A DNA stretch of 63,670 nucleotides from Octopus bimaculoides (taxonomy: Eukaryota): assembly GCF_001194135.2 (NCBI RefSeq), contig NC_068994.1, positions 16,468,506-16,532,175 on the forward strand. The letters are read 5' to 3'. The notes under the pieces are model-generated. The model worked only from the letters and a program-made list of their open reading frames with translations, did not search any database and was not told where the DNA came from. The position numbers were made by a program, and so were the translations under genes. Positions 1 through 10,240 of the stretch are shown one piece after another; positions within the stretch are counted from its first letter, which is position 1, and each line of letters starts with the position of its first letter.

Positions 1-57
<57 letters not shown>
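1..57. repeat. (GT)n microsatellite
   Basis: Pure GT dinucleotide run at the window start. Confidence 0.95.
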
Positions 58-58
<1 letters not shown>

Positions 59-649
59 AAGTATTCAGTACTGTTACACTTTGTTTTAGGTAAGTGTAAC
101 AGTTGTTACATACCTCAAACTGATTTACCAACCTAATGTTCTATACAGTTCTATACAGTTCTAGGTTAACTTCTCCCTATTGTTTACTATTATCATCATT
201 TTGGTATGTGTGTTTAGATGCTGTGTGCAGTATTAACTCAGTAGATGTTAGTTTTGGCACAAAAATTATTACTGTACGATCAGAGGTGCTAATTCTATTT
301 GACTTAATTTGCTTCTTGGCAGCTTTTAGTAGAGTGAACTGGGTGTATTTGTTGTGCACCAGTATTAGGGATGCTGCATAAGTGAGATGAAACACTATCT
401 TTGTATCAGTTCTATTTTAGTATTTAAGATGCTGGTCATGACAGCTTAAAACATCTCCTTAACTCTTGTTTTTCTGTTAGCAAAGTTACTTAACACACTG
501 TAATTTAACCCCTCCATTCCTGGCATAACACCACCTCCCCTTCTCAAATATTCCTGTGCCATTTCCAAAAGAAAACTTAATCAATGGGGCTTTATCTTCT
601 TTTTATTTTTTATTTTTTTGTTCTCTCTTGGAAGTTACTTGGGAATGTT

Positions 650-830
650 ACTGGTGCCAGTGGCATGAGAAAAACACTCAGTACACTCTATAAGACAGTT
701 AGCATTGGGAAGGGTATCTAACCATAGAAACCATGCCAAAGCTGACATTGGAGCTCAATGCAGCCCTGTGGCTCACCGCATCCTGTCAAGGTTCCCAGCC
801 CTTGCCAATATGGAAAAATAACATTAAATG
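650..830 (+). mobile_element. Dispersed repeat, probable LINE 3' tail or derived SINE (gtgccagtggca...aagggcat...ccatgccaa family)
   Basis: Related copies at about 3180-3385, 11630-11980 (ending in a (GAT)n tail), 15200-15390 and, reversed, 37090-37180. Confidence 0.55.
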
Positions 831-1203
831 GCAATGTCAGCATTTTTTATAACAGTCAATCAGAAGAAAAGTGGTAGTGTCCATAATGCATGGTGAAGGA
901 GGTCTTTCATGCTGGTGAGTTTAATGCAGATTCATGATTTATGTGTTTACAAACGCAAAACACACAGGCAGGACTGGAATGGACACAGAACAAAGGGTTT
1001 CTTTCCCCAGAATAACCAAGGCAGGTGAAATATTGTAACCAAAGAAACTCGTCATATTGAAGAGGAGGAACAAACAACTAAGGCAGTGGGATTAGGCAGT
1101 CAATGCCAATGCAAATAGGAAACAAGAGAGAGTAAAAGGGGTTAGTATAGAGCAGGTTGTGAAAAATAGAATCAACAAGGTTGTGATTCCTCCTGAAAGC
1201 AGT

Positions 1204-1586
1204 TGTTGTTGGCACTCTGTCGATTACGTCGAGGGTTCCAGTTGATCCGATCAACGGAACAGCCTGCTCGTGAAATTAACGTGCAAGTGGCTGAGCACTC
1301 CACAGACACGTGTACCCTTAACATGGTTCTCGGGGATATTCAGCGTGACACAGTGTGACAAGGCTGACCCTTTGAATTACAGGCACAACAGAAACAGGAA
1401 GAAAGAGTGAGAGAAAGTTGTGGTGAAAGAGTACAGCAGGGTTCGCCATCATCCCCTGCCGGAGCCTCGTGGGGCTTTAGGTGTTTTCACTCAATAAACA
1501 CTCACAACGCCCGGTCTGGGAATCGAAACTGCGATCCTATGACCACGACTCCGCTGCCCTAACCACTGGGTCATTGTGCCTCCATT
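1204..1586 (-). mobile_element. tRNA-derived SINE, family 1, full length
   Basis: On the - strand, a tRNA-like head with A box (TGACCCAGTGG) and B box (GTTTCGATTCC) and an (AAC)n tail. TSD CTGAAAGCAGT at 1193-1203 and 1587-1597. Near-identical copies at 13559, 40110, 46611, 52803 and 61991. Confidence 0.85.
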
Positions 1587-2932
1587 CTGAAAGCAGTATA
1601 CAATATGCTTCCATCATCAGTCAATATTAAATGATGGAACAAGGCAACAAGCTGGCAGAATCATTACCACGCCGGTCAGAATGCTTAGCAGCATTTCTTA
1701 TGACTTTATGTTGTGAGTTCAAATGCTGCCATGTTCAACTCTGCCTTTCATCCTTTCAGGGTCAATAAAATAAGTACCAGTTGAGCACTGGGGTTGATGT
1801 AATTGACTTAGCCCCCCTCCTCTGAAATTGCTGGCCTTGTGCCAAAATTTGAAACCAATATTAAATGATGGAACTTGAGTGATACTTGACTGCCATTGAT
1901 GCAAAGATTATGCTTTGGTGATATGCAAGTCCTTTGTCTGACAGACCAGTATCCCATTCATGGTGATGGGGGTGTGCTGTAATCTAAGTCATTTATACAC
2001 TATGGAACCCAGGTTAAACTTCAGCTTTGAATTCTGGGTCTTGTTACAGACTTAATCTAAATCCCCCCTTGTAGATTATACCTTATTACATCAGGTCGCT
2101 CTTGAGTGCTACTGGTAATATGTCACCCAGTACAAACCTGTTGCATGGCTGGGTCATCAGCAACTAAACCAGTAATCTCACCAAGCTTGTTTGGTGAGGA
2201 AGGTGATTTATTGGACATCCTGTGGAATGAGAAACAAAGCCTGGCAAAGGAAGTCAACAGCCATTCAATAATATATAAAGGTGTATGGCCTAGGGGTTAG
2301 AGTGTTGCACTTGCGATTGCAAAATCATGGTTTTGATTCCCAGGTCAATGTACATTGTGTTCTTGAGGAAAACACTTCATTTCACATTGCTCCAGTTAAC
2401 TCTGCTTTAAATGAGTAACCTTGTGACAGATTGGTATATAAGGGTGAGATGGTGACTCGAGAAAATCATTCAAAGAGGTCTCATGAGCTACGTTTTGTAT
2501 TCAGCAATGGACAGGATGAATAGTACATCCTGTACTATGAATCCCAGCTGGTCGGGATTAGTTGCTCAACATCGAAGGACGGTAATGGTGATACGTTATG
2601 CCTTAACCAAAGCCTTGTGAGTGGATTTAGCTGATGGAAACTGAAAGAAGCCCCCCCTATATGTGTGTGTGTGTGTGTGTGTATTTATGTGTGAATGTCT
2701 TTGTGTTTGCCACCACCCCCATCACCTGACAACTGATTTTGGTGTCTTTATGTGCCCATAACTTAGTGGTTCAGCAAAAGAATCTAATACAATAAGTTCT
2801 AGGCTTACAATGAATAAGTCTTAGGGTTGATTTCTTCAACTAAAATTGCTGTACGAGATGACAGCGGATCGAGATATGCAGTGCATTGCTGTACTCAAGA
2901 TGTACCCACCACAACAGAATTAAGATTCTAAG

Positions 2933-3160
2933 TAAGGCAGTGAGCTGGCAGAAACATAGGCACGCCGGGCGAAATACTTAGCGGTATTTCGTCTGCTGTT
3001 ATGTTCTGAGTTCAAATTCCGCCAAGGTCGACTTTACCTTTCATCCTTTTGAGGTCAATAAAATAAGTACCAGTTACGCACTGGGGTCGATGTAATCGAC
3101 TTAAGCCCTTTGTTTGTCCCCTCTATGTTTAGCCCCTTGTGGGCAATAAAGAAATTAGAA
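2933..3160 (+). mobile_element. tRNA-related SINE, family 2 (central gtcgactttgcctttcatcctttcggggtcgataaaataagtaccag block, Meta-domain-like)
   Basis: B-box-like GTTCAAATTCC. More than 15 copies in the window (e.g. 1645, 5575-7160, 12445, 19845, 30040-, 34980, 35570, 37815-, 50800-, 52577). The resemblance to the MetaSINE domain is from memory. Confidence 0.7.
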
Positions 3161-4368
3161 TTAAGATTCTAAAACCAAGGTGCCACATAAAAAGCATTGG
3201 TGTGGGTGCTGGTGCCACAAATAAAAGCACCCAGTGCACTCTATGGAGTGGCTGGCATTAGGAAGGGCATCCAGACATAGAATCCAAGCCAGAACAGACT
3301 ATGGAACTTGGTGTGGCCCTTGGCCTTGCCATTCAACCCATGCCAACATGGAAAGCAGGTATTAAATGTTGTTGTTAATGATGATGTTATAGTATTAGTA
3401 ATTAGACAGCATGTCTAGGAAGTTATTGTGCTTATGTTATGCAATGCATTTATAGATTATGTAAGGAAACATCCATAAAATATTTATTACTTACAGTGTG
3501 TTATACCCTGTCCAAACTATTTTTTTAATTTTTCTCGATATTTGTGTTGTCATGACAACGACTATTTTACTTACATTCTTACATTTTAAAATTCTCTTTG
3601 ATATTCTTCAATTTGCCAAGCTTAGCCAGCTTCATATGTCCTAACAATGACTTTCACATACTTGAAATTACTTAGCGTCAGCAACTAGGATAATGCAAGC
3701 TAAGAGAAATTTTTAATTGGGTCATCAATCATGACAAGCTAATGTGATCAATAAAGAAAGCAAGAAAAGAGATTCAATAGTCTTTAAATCATAGAAATTG
3801 CAAGAATAACTCAAATACATTTGGCTTTTTTGACAGTGATTGTTTATAAACATGAAATGCTGTAGACAGTCTTTTTAGCTTATCTTGACAACAGAAGCTT
3901 CTAGAATCACTTTATACTTAACAAATAGATGTTTGAGTTTATATGATATCTTACTAATTATCACTTTTGTTTTTATTTTTATTCAGAATTGCATAAGAAA
4001 TCTTATACAGGTATGATGTGTGGTAAGAGGCTTGCTTCCAAACCACATGATTTCAGGTTCAGCCCCACTGTTTTACCTTGGGCAAGTGTCTTCCACTGTA
4101 GCTCCTCACAGTCATGTCTATATGGCATACTTATATCTATTTGTTTTATATATATTATAAGGCAGTGCCCCAGTATGGTCGCAGTCTAATACTGAAACAA
4201 GTAAAAGATATATATATATAATTTATATAAGGGCATTATGTGTATATATATATATATATATATATTATGTATATATATATATCCACTTCCAGTCACTTCA
4301 GAAATGTAACCACACAAGGACTGTTGGCAATTTTCCCTAATTTTGCTTTCTTTCTCTTTGGACTTTTC

Positions 4369-4405
4369 TCTTTCTGATGAAGAGCTATGCTCGAAACATT
4401 AACAA
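4369..4405 (+). ncRNA. Degenerate minimal type I hammerhead ribozyme motif (family A, Penelope/retrozyme-like)
   Basis: TCTTT-CTGATGA-A-GAGC(tat)GCTC-GAAAC-ATT-AACAA: intact CUGAUGA and GAAA with a 4-bp stem II; stems I and III damaged. Confidence 0.5.
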
Positions 4406-4501
4406 CTCTCTCCTTTTACCAAGCGTCAAATTAATATATTGCTTGTGCACATCCCCATGTTCATTTTTCTCTCAGTTTTTTAACTGTTTGTTCTTCGGAT
4501 T

Positions 4502-4537
<36 letters not shown>

Positions 4538-4654
4538 CATGATATGATAAAAATTCGATATTAATTAATATCAATTTAATACCAGGAAACTAGCACATTA
4601 GAAGAATCAGAAGGTTCAGGAAAAAAACTTTTCGAGATCCTAAAAGGATTATAG

Positions 4655-4866
4655 TACTTGTGTATATAAGATTGACCAGTAACTGGTCTGTCAATATGCT
4701 AGAAGAAGATCACTTAAAAAATTCTCAAATAAGGATTCAGCGGAGCAAAAACAGGTAGGTCTCGCCCGCCTGTTTTTGCTCCGCTGAATCCTTATTTGAG
4801 AATTTTTTAAGTGATCTTCTTCTAGCATATTGACAGACCAGTTACTGGTCAATCTTATATACACAA

Positions 4867-4869
<3 letters not shown>
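4655..4869. repeat. Perfect 101-bp inverted repeat with 13-nt loop
   Basis: 4655-4755 is the exact reverse complement of 4769-4869. Confidence 0.95.
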
Positions 4870-4905
<36 letters not shown>

Positions 4906-4964
4906 CACATATATACATATACACACATATTGTATTTAGTTATGAGAATAAAGAAAATAATAAT

Positions 4965-5028
4965 AATTATAGTTTCTAGCTGATATATTGAATGTAAATT
5001 TAATTAACTAAATCTTTCTCTCTGTGTT

Positions 5029-5066
<38 letters not shown>

Positions 5067-5133
5067 CACACACATAGAGAAGGATTTAGTTAATTGAATT
5101 TACAGTCAATTTATCAGCTAGAAACTTATAATT
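4965..5133. repeat. Imperfect inverted repeat (about 60-bp arms) enclosing a TG/TA/CA microsatellite
   Basis: aattatagtttctagctgata...ttaactaaatc pairs with gatttagttaa...tatcagctagaaacttataatt. Confidence 0.8.
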
Positions 5134-5574
5134 TTCTATATAGGTTAGTATATTAAGGTGTCTGCTTGAAATAATCCCAATACCTTAGGAGTGAGTCCTG
5201 TCTCAATTTACCGCTGGTAACTTAGTATTTATTACTACCCTTGCCAGTAACAAGCAACTTTTGTATTGAGATGTGATATATTATTGTGGTATATTATTAG
5301 CTGAAGTCTTAACTCTATAATCTAGGTTAGAAGATAATCAGAAGCCTTTCCTCAAAGAAGCTTTATATAGATTCAATTACACTAAATTCTTAAAAGAAAT
5401 ATCATCAAAATGGGACACCTGTCTCCCACTTTATTGTTTGGTTAATTTTTTTCTCACCTTACAAAAATGCTTTACTTTCTCTCATACACCTGTCTGCATT
5501 GTTTAATTTGTTGTTCTTTATTTTTCTCTCACTTTTACCTGTCAGCTGTCACTTACAGCATTTCATCCTGCTTC

Positions 5575-6618
5575 AGGTTCTGAGTTCAAATAACACCCAA
5601 ATCAAGTTTGCCTTTAATCCTTTCAGAGTTGATAAAATAAATAGCAGTTAAGCACTGGGGTTGGTGTAATCAACTAGCCCCCTACCCCTAAAATTTCATG
5701 CCATGTACCTGTAGTACAAAACATTATTATTATTATTAAGGTGGCAAACTGGCAAAATTGTTAGCATACCAGGCAAAATGCTGAACATATTTCATCCGTC
5801 CTTACAATCTGAGTTCAAATTCCACCAAGGTCAACTTTTGCCTTTCATCCTTCCTGGATCAATGAAATAAGTACATGTTGAACACTGGGATCAATGTGAT
5901 CAACTTACTCTCACTCCCAAAATTGCTGGCCTTGTGTCAAAATTTGAAACCATTATTGGTATTATTATTATTAATATTGAGGCGGCGAGCTGGCAGAATC
6001 ATTAGCACGCTGGATGAAATACTTAATGGTATTTCGTCTGCCGCTACATTCTTAGTTCAAATTCTACTGAGGTCAACTTTGCCTTTCATCCTTTTGGGGT
6101 TGATTAAATAAGTACCAGTTGTACACTGGGGTCAATGTAATCGACTTAATCCCCTCCTCCAAGCTGCCCTTGTGGCAAAACTTTGAAAACATTTTTCATC
6201 TGCCGCTACGTTCTGAGTTCAAATTCTGCTGAGGTCAACTTTGCTTTTCATCCTTTCGGAGTCAATAAATTAAGTACCAGTGAAATACTGGAGTCGATGT
6301 AACCAACTAGTTCCCTCCCACGAAATTTCAGGCCTTGTGCTTTTAGTAGAAAGGATTATTATTATTAAACAAGCTGGCAGAATTGTTAGCACACTGGACA
6401 AAATGCTTAGCGGTATTTCACCCATCACTACATTCTCATACAGTTCTATATTTAAGAGATGAGGAATTATGTACATTATTTACATTTGATGGATATTTGT
6501 CCTCATCTTGTTTGTTGTTAACACGTTTTCAGCTGATATACCCTCCAGCCTTCATCAGGTGTCTTGGGGAAATTTCAAACCTGAGTTCTCGTTCCTAAGA
6601 TATTTTTCGATGTTGTTG

Positions 6619-6672
<54 letters not shown>

Positions 6673-7156
6673 TCACTGCCTGGAATCAAACTCAAATATC
6701 TGTCAAACGTAAATAATGTACTATGTTCTCAGTTCAAATTCCACCAAGGTTGACTCTGCCTTTCATCCTTTTGGGTCAATAGATTAAGTACCAGTTGCAT
6801 ACTGATTGATCTAATCAGCTGGCCCCCTCCCCCAAAATTTCAGGCTTTGTGCCTATAGTAGAAAGGATTATTATTATTATTGAGGTGGCGAGCTGGCAGA
6901 ATCGTTAGCACACCGGGCAAAATGCTTAGCAGCATCTTGTCCGAGTTCAGTCTGAGTTCAAATTCTTGTCCGAGTTCAGTCTGAGTTCAAATTCTTGTCC
7001 GAGTTACAGTCTGAGTTCAAACTCCACCGAGGTCAACTTTGTCTTTCATCCTTTTGGGGTTAGTCGATAAATTAAGTACCAGTGAAACATTAGGGTTGAT
7101 GTAATCGACTAGTCCCCTCCCCCAAAATTTCAGGTTTTGTGCCTATAGTAGAAAGG

Positions 7157-7170
<14 letters not shown>
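5575..7170 (+). repeat. Head-to-tail array of about 7 family-2 SINE copies separated by (ATT)n tails
   Basis: Recurring ctgagttcaaattcc...tttgcctttcatcc...aagtaccag blocks, all in the same orientation, each followed by ATT repeats. Confidence 0.8.
6518..6563 (-). ncRNA. Degenerate type I hammerhead motif (family B) within a Penelope-like terminal repeat
   Basis: The - strand reads GACAC-CTGATGA-A-GGCTG(gagggtatat)CAGCT-GAAA-ACGT-GTTAAC: core and stem II present, cleavage-site region altered by indels. Confidence 0.5.
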
Positions 7171-7237
<67 letters not shown>

Positions 7238-7239
7238 GA

Positions 7240-7770
7240 GTGAGAGAGCAATGCATGCCATCATAGTGACTCTGGGATGCAAATATACAAAGCTCAATAC
7301 ACTCGTTATGACTACCCATCTGATAAGAGTACACCAGGCATATGTATCACAACTATATGTGTGCAATATGATGACCTCGTATCAAGATAAACAGTGCATG
7401 ACCTTGCAGGTGAGGCCCTGTTAGAATTTTCTTCAGGTTGAGTAGCTCATCTTACTCAAAAGATCCCTGAATGAGGGTTGTTTAAGGATAATGAACAAAA
7501 TACCCGTGTTTCCAGAGGGGAATTATTCAAACCCCAAAGAATTCCTCTCAGCACATGGTTATGATGCTTCCCCACTGCTCATGATCAGAGATGCACATAT
7601 CGTCAGCCACTAAGTGACATGCTCCACTGGTTAAGGTGATACAGCTGACAAGCAAATCTGTGGTATTGAGCAGAATATTTGCTATAGCCTATCTTTTTAT
7701 ACCAAGACAAAACAATGTACATGATGACACTTCCAATCAGTTAAGATCAGAAACTTTGAGAGCCACTACC
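7240..7770 (-). mobile_element. Dispersed repeat of about 530 bp with an (AAT)n tail (LINE 3' UTR or SINE)
   Basis: Reverse-complement homologue at about 50250-50800, which is also followed by (AAT)n. Confidence 0.7.
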
Positions 7771-7877
7771 TTCATTGCATTTACTACTACTACTATTACT
7801 ACTATTCATTTCTTTCTTTCTTTAGCAGGTTCTGCAGTAGTTTTTTTAATTCATCCGTTCTCAAATAATCTTTCAAA

Positions 7878-7902
7878 ATGATGCAAGAAGCTGCCTCTTC
7901 TG
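7878..7902 (+). CDS. ADISSP: ADISSP/C20orf27 homologue, first coding exon (MMQEAASS, phase-1 donor)
   Basis: Polypyrimidine tract and TAGCAG acceptor at 7823-7828; ATG at 7878; G|GTAAGT donor at 7903; phase-compatible with the exon at 13076 (G+AC = Asp). Confidence 0.7.
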
Positions 7903-8476
7903 GTAAGTTACGAGCTGCCTGTTCTGTTAATTTACTGCTTTCGAACTGTACATGTTCATTTGTGTTTGCGTGTATTCTTCTTCTTTTTTTTTTTTTTACT
8001 GTTGTCAGTCTTTGGCCCACCATACACCCGTCCCATGCTTCTCATACACTGCACCAGCTTTTCTTCCCCCATCTTATTCCTGCAGCCTACCCACCAACAT
8101 GTTATCTCTCTTTCGTACCCACCATGTTTACTGCTTCATCATTTCTGTTCTGCTGCCCTGAACTCTCAAGACATCTCCTACATCACACTCTCACTCATGA
8201 TATCTCATCGTTATTTATATCACTTTCCAATTCCACATGTCCTCTCTCTCTCTCTCTTCTAAAATGTGAATAGCCATGTTCCCATCTATACAGCAAGAAA
8301 CCTGTTCTTTCTGCTCTTGCCCTTTCTCTCATACCTTACCCCCCTCTCTCCTTATCCTCCTAGCATAAAGTTCCTCCTCCCTACTCAGAGTCCATAGTCT
8401 TGCAAGCTGCATGACAACCTCACTAGTGCTGGTGACATGAAAAAAAGCACTCAGTAGATTCTGTAAAGTGATTCTC

Positions 8477-8580
8477 CTCAGGGAAATGTATGAAAACCAG
8501 CTTAAACGTAAGACATTATAACCGAGTATATAATGTTATAATGTCTTATGTTTAAGCTGGTTTTCATACATTTCCCTGAG
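8477..8580. repeat. Intronic hairpin: 46-bp arms, 12-nt loop, one G-T mismatch
   Basis: 8477-8522 versus 8535-8580 reverse complement. Confidence 0.95.
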
Positions 8581-9198
8581 AAGTTTACATTTTTAACATC
8601 GCCGATTCCTATGGATCGCATAAATTGTAATTCTTTGAAACATATGTCAGAATAAAAGTATGCAGTTATAACATGCATTTACTCCATTCTTTAAATTTAT
8701 ATATATATATATATATATATNNNNNNNNNNNNNNNNNNNNNNNNNNNNNNNNNNNNNNNNNNNNNNNNNNNNNNNNNNNNNNNNNNNNNNNNNNNNNNNN
8801 NNNNNNNNNNNNNNNNNNNNNNNNNNNNNNNNNNNNNNNNNNNNNNNNNNNNNNNNNNNNNNNNNNNNNNNNNNNNNNNNNNNNNNNNNNNNNNNNNNNN
8901 NNNNNNNNNNNNNNNNNNNNNNNNNNNNNNNNNNNNNNNNNNNNNNNNNNNNNNNNNNNNNNNNNNNNNNNNNNNNNNNNNNNNNNNNNNNNNNNNNNNN
9001 NNNNNNNNNNNNNNNNNNNNNNNNNNNNNNNNNNNNNNNNNNNNNNNNNNNNNNNNNNNNNNNNNNNNNNNNNNNNNNNNNNNNNNNNNNNNNNNNNNNN
9101 NNNNNNNNNNNNNNNNNNNNNNNNNNNNNNNNNNNNNNNNNNNNNNNNNNNNNNNNNNNNNNNNNNNNNNNNNNNNNNNAAACACCCCACCTCTTTTG

Positions 9199-9246
<48 letters not shown>

Positions 9247-9934
9247 GAGTGTGATTTCAAATTCAGTCCCACCATAGTTCCAGGCTGACCAAATCCTTGC
9301 AAGTGAATTTGGAGGATCAAAACTGAAAGAACTCTGTTTTGTATGTATGCGTATGTGTGTAGTCCAAAATGAAAGCTTATCTGAGCTTCTTGACATGTTG
9401 TGTGATCTTTGTAATCAAGTCTTGTTCTGACGTCATTTGTTTTCCAGTTCTCAATGTAAGCCTGTCCAAGGTGTACAATAGACTGTGTGGTTGCTACTCA
9501 CTTTGAAATGGGTGGGGGTTGACAGCAAGGAATGGCATCCAATAGTAGAAAATTCTGTCCCTAACATTCTCGTCAGATCCATGCAAGCATAGAAAAATTG
9601 ACATCACAATGATAATGATAATGTATACATGTGCTTGTTTGTCTCCTTGTCTTGACATTGTGTGATAGTTATTAGCAAACTTCGCCCTTGTACAAGCAGT
9701 GTTGTTTATTTGCAATAATGTCTGTAAAAACATGTCCACACATATGCTACTTCTGTACAGAGGACGAAGGGAAATATCACCTTCCTTAGAAACAAGTGAG
9801 GCTTAGTGAAAGAAAGGGCCTCCTCCTATAGAAACTCTGCCTCTACAAATCCTGTCTGACATGGGCAAGCATGGAAAGCAAACATTAAAGTGATTTTATA
9901 TGTGTGTGTGAGTATGCACCATGTGTGTGCCAGT

Positions 9935-10240
9935 GAAGGCACATGGCTTAGTGGTCAGGGTATTCAACTCATGATTGTAAGGTCATGAGTTCAATACCCA
10001 GTCTTTGAGCAAGACACTTTATTTTTTTGTTTTGCTCCAGTCCACTCGGGTGGCAAAAAATGAGTTGTGCCTGTAATTCAAAGGGCCAGCCTTGTCGCAT
10101 TCTATGTCATGCTGAATCTCCCTGAGAACTGCATTAAGGGTATGTGTGTCTGTGGAGTGCTCAGCCACTTGCACATTAATTTCACAAGCAGGCTGTTCCA
10201 TTGATCAAATTAACTAGAACCCTTGTCATTGTAAACAACA
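9935..10240 (+). mobile_element. tRNA-headed SINE sharing its 3' domain with family 1
   Basis: Head ggcacatggcttagtggtcaggg...gttcaatacc, CORE-like ttgagcaagacacttt, and 3' block ctgaatctccctgagaact...actagaaccct. Second copy at 33368-33690. Confidence 0.65.

Noticed and set aside
2100-2172. Minus-strand CUGAUGA-CCCAG...CUGGG-UGAC...GUA-GCAC
   Set aside because: Good stem II, but GAAA is absent and stem I only pairs if the core C is sacrificed; at most a heavily decayed relic.
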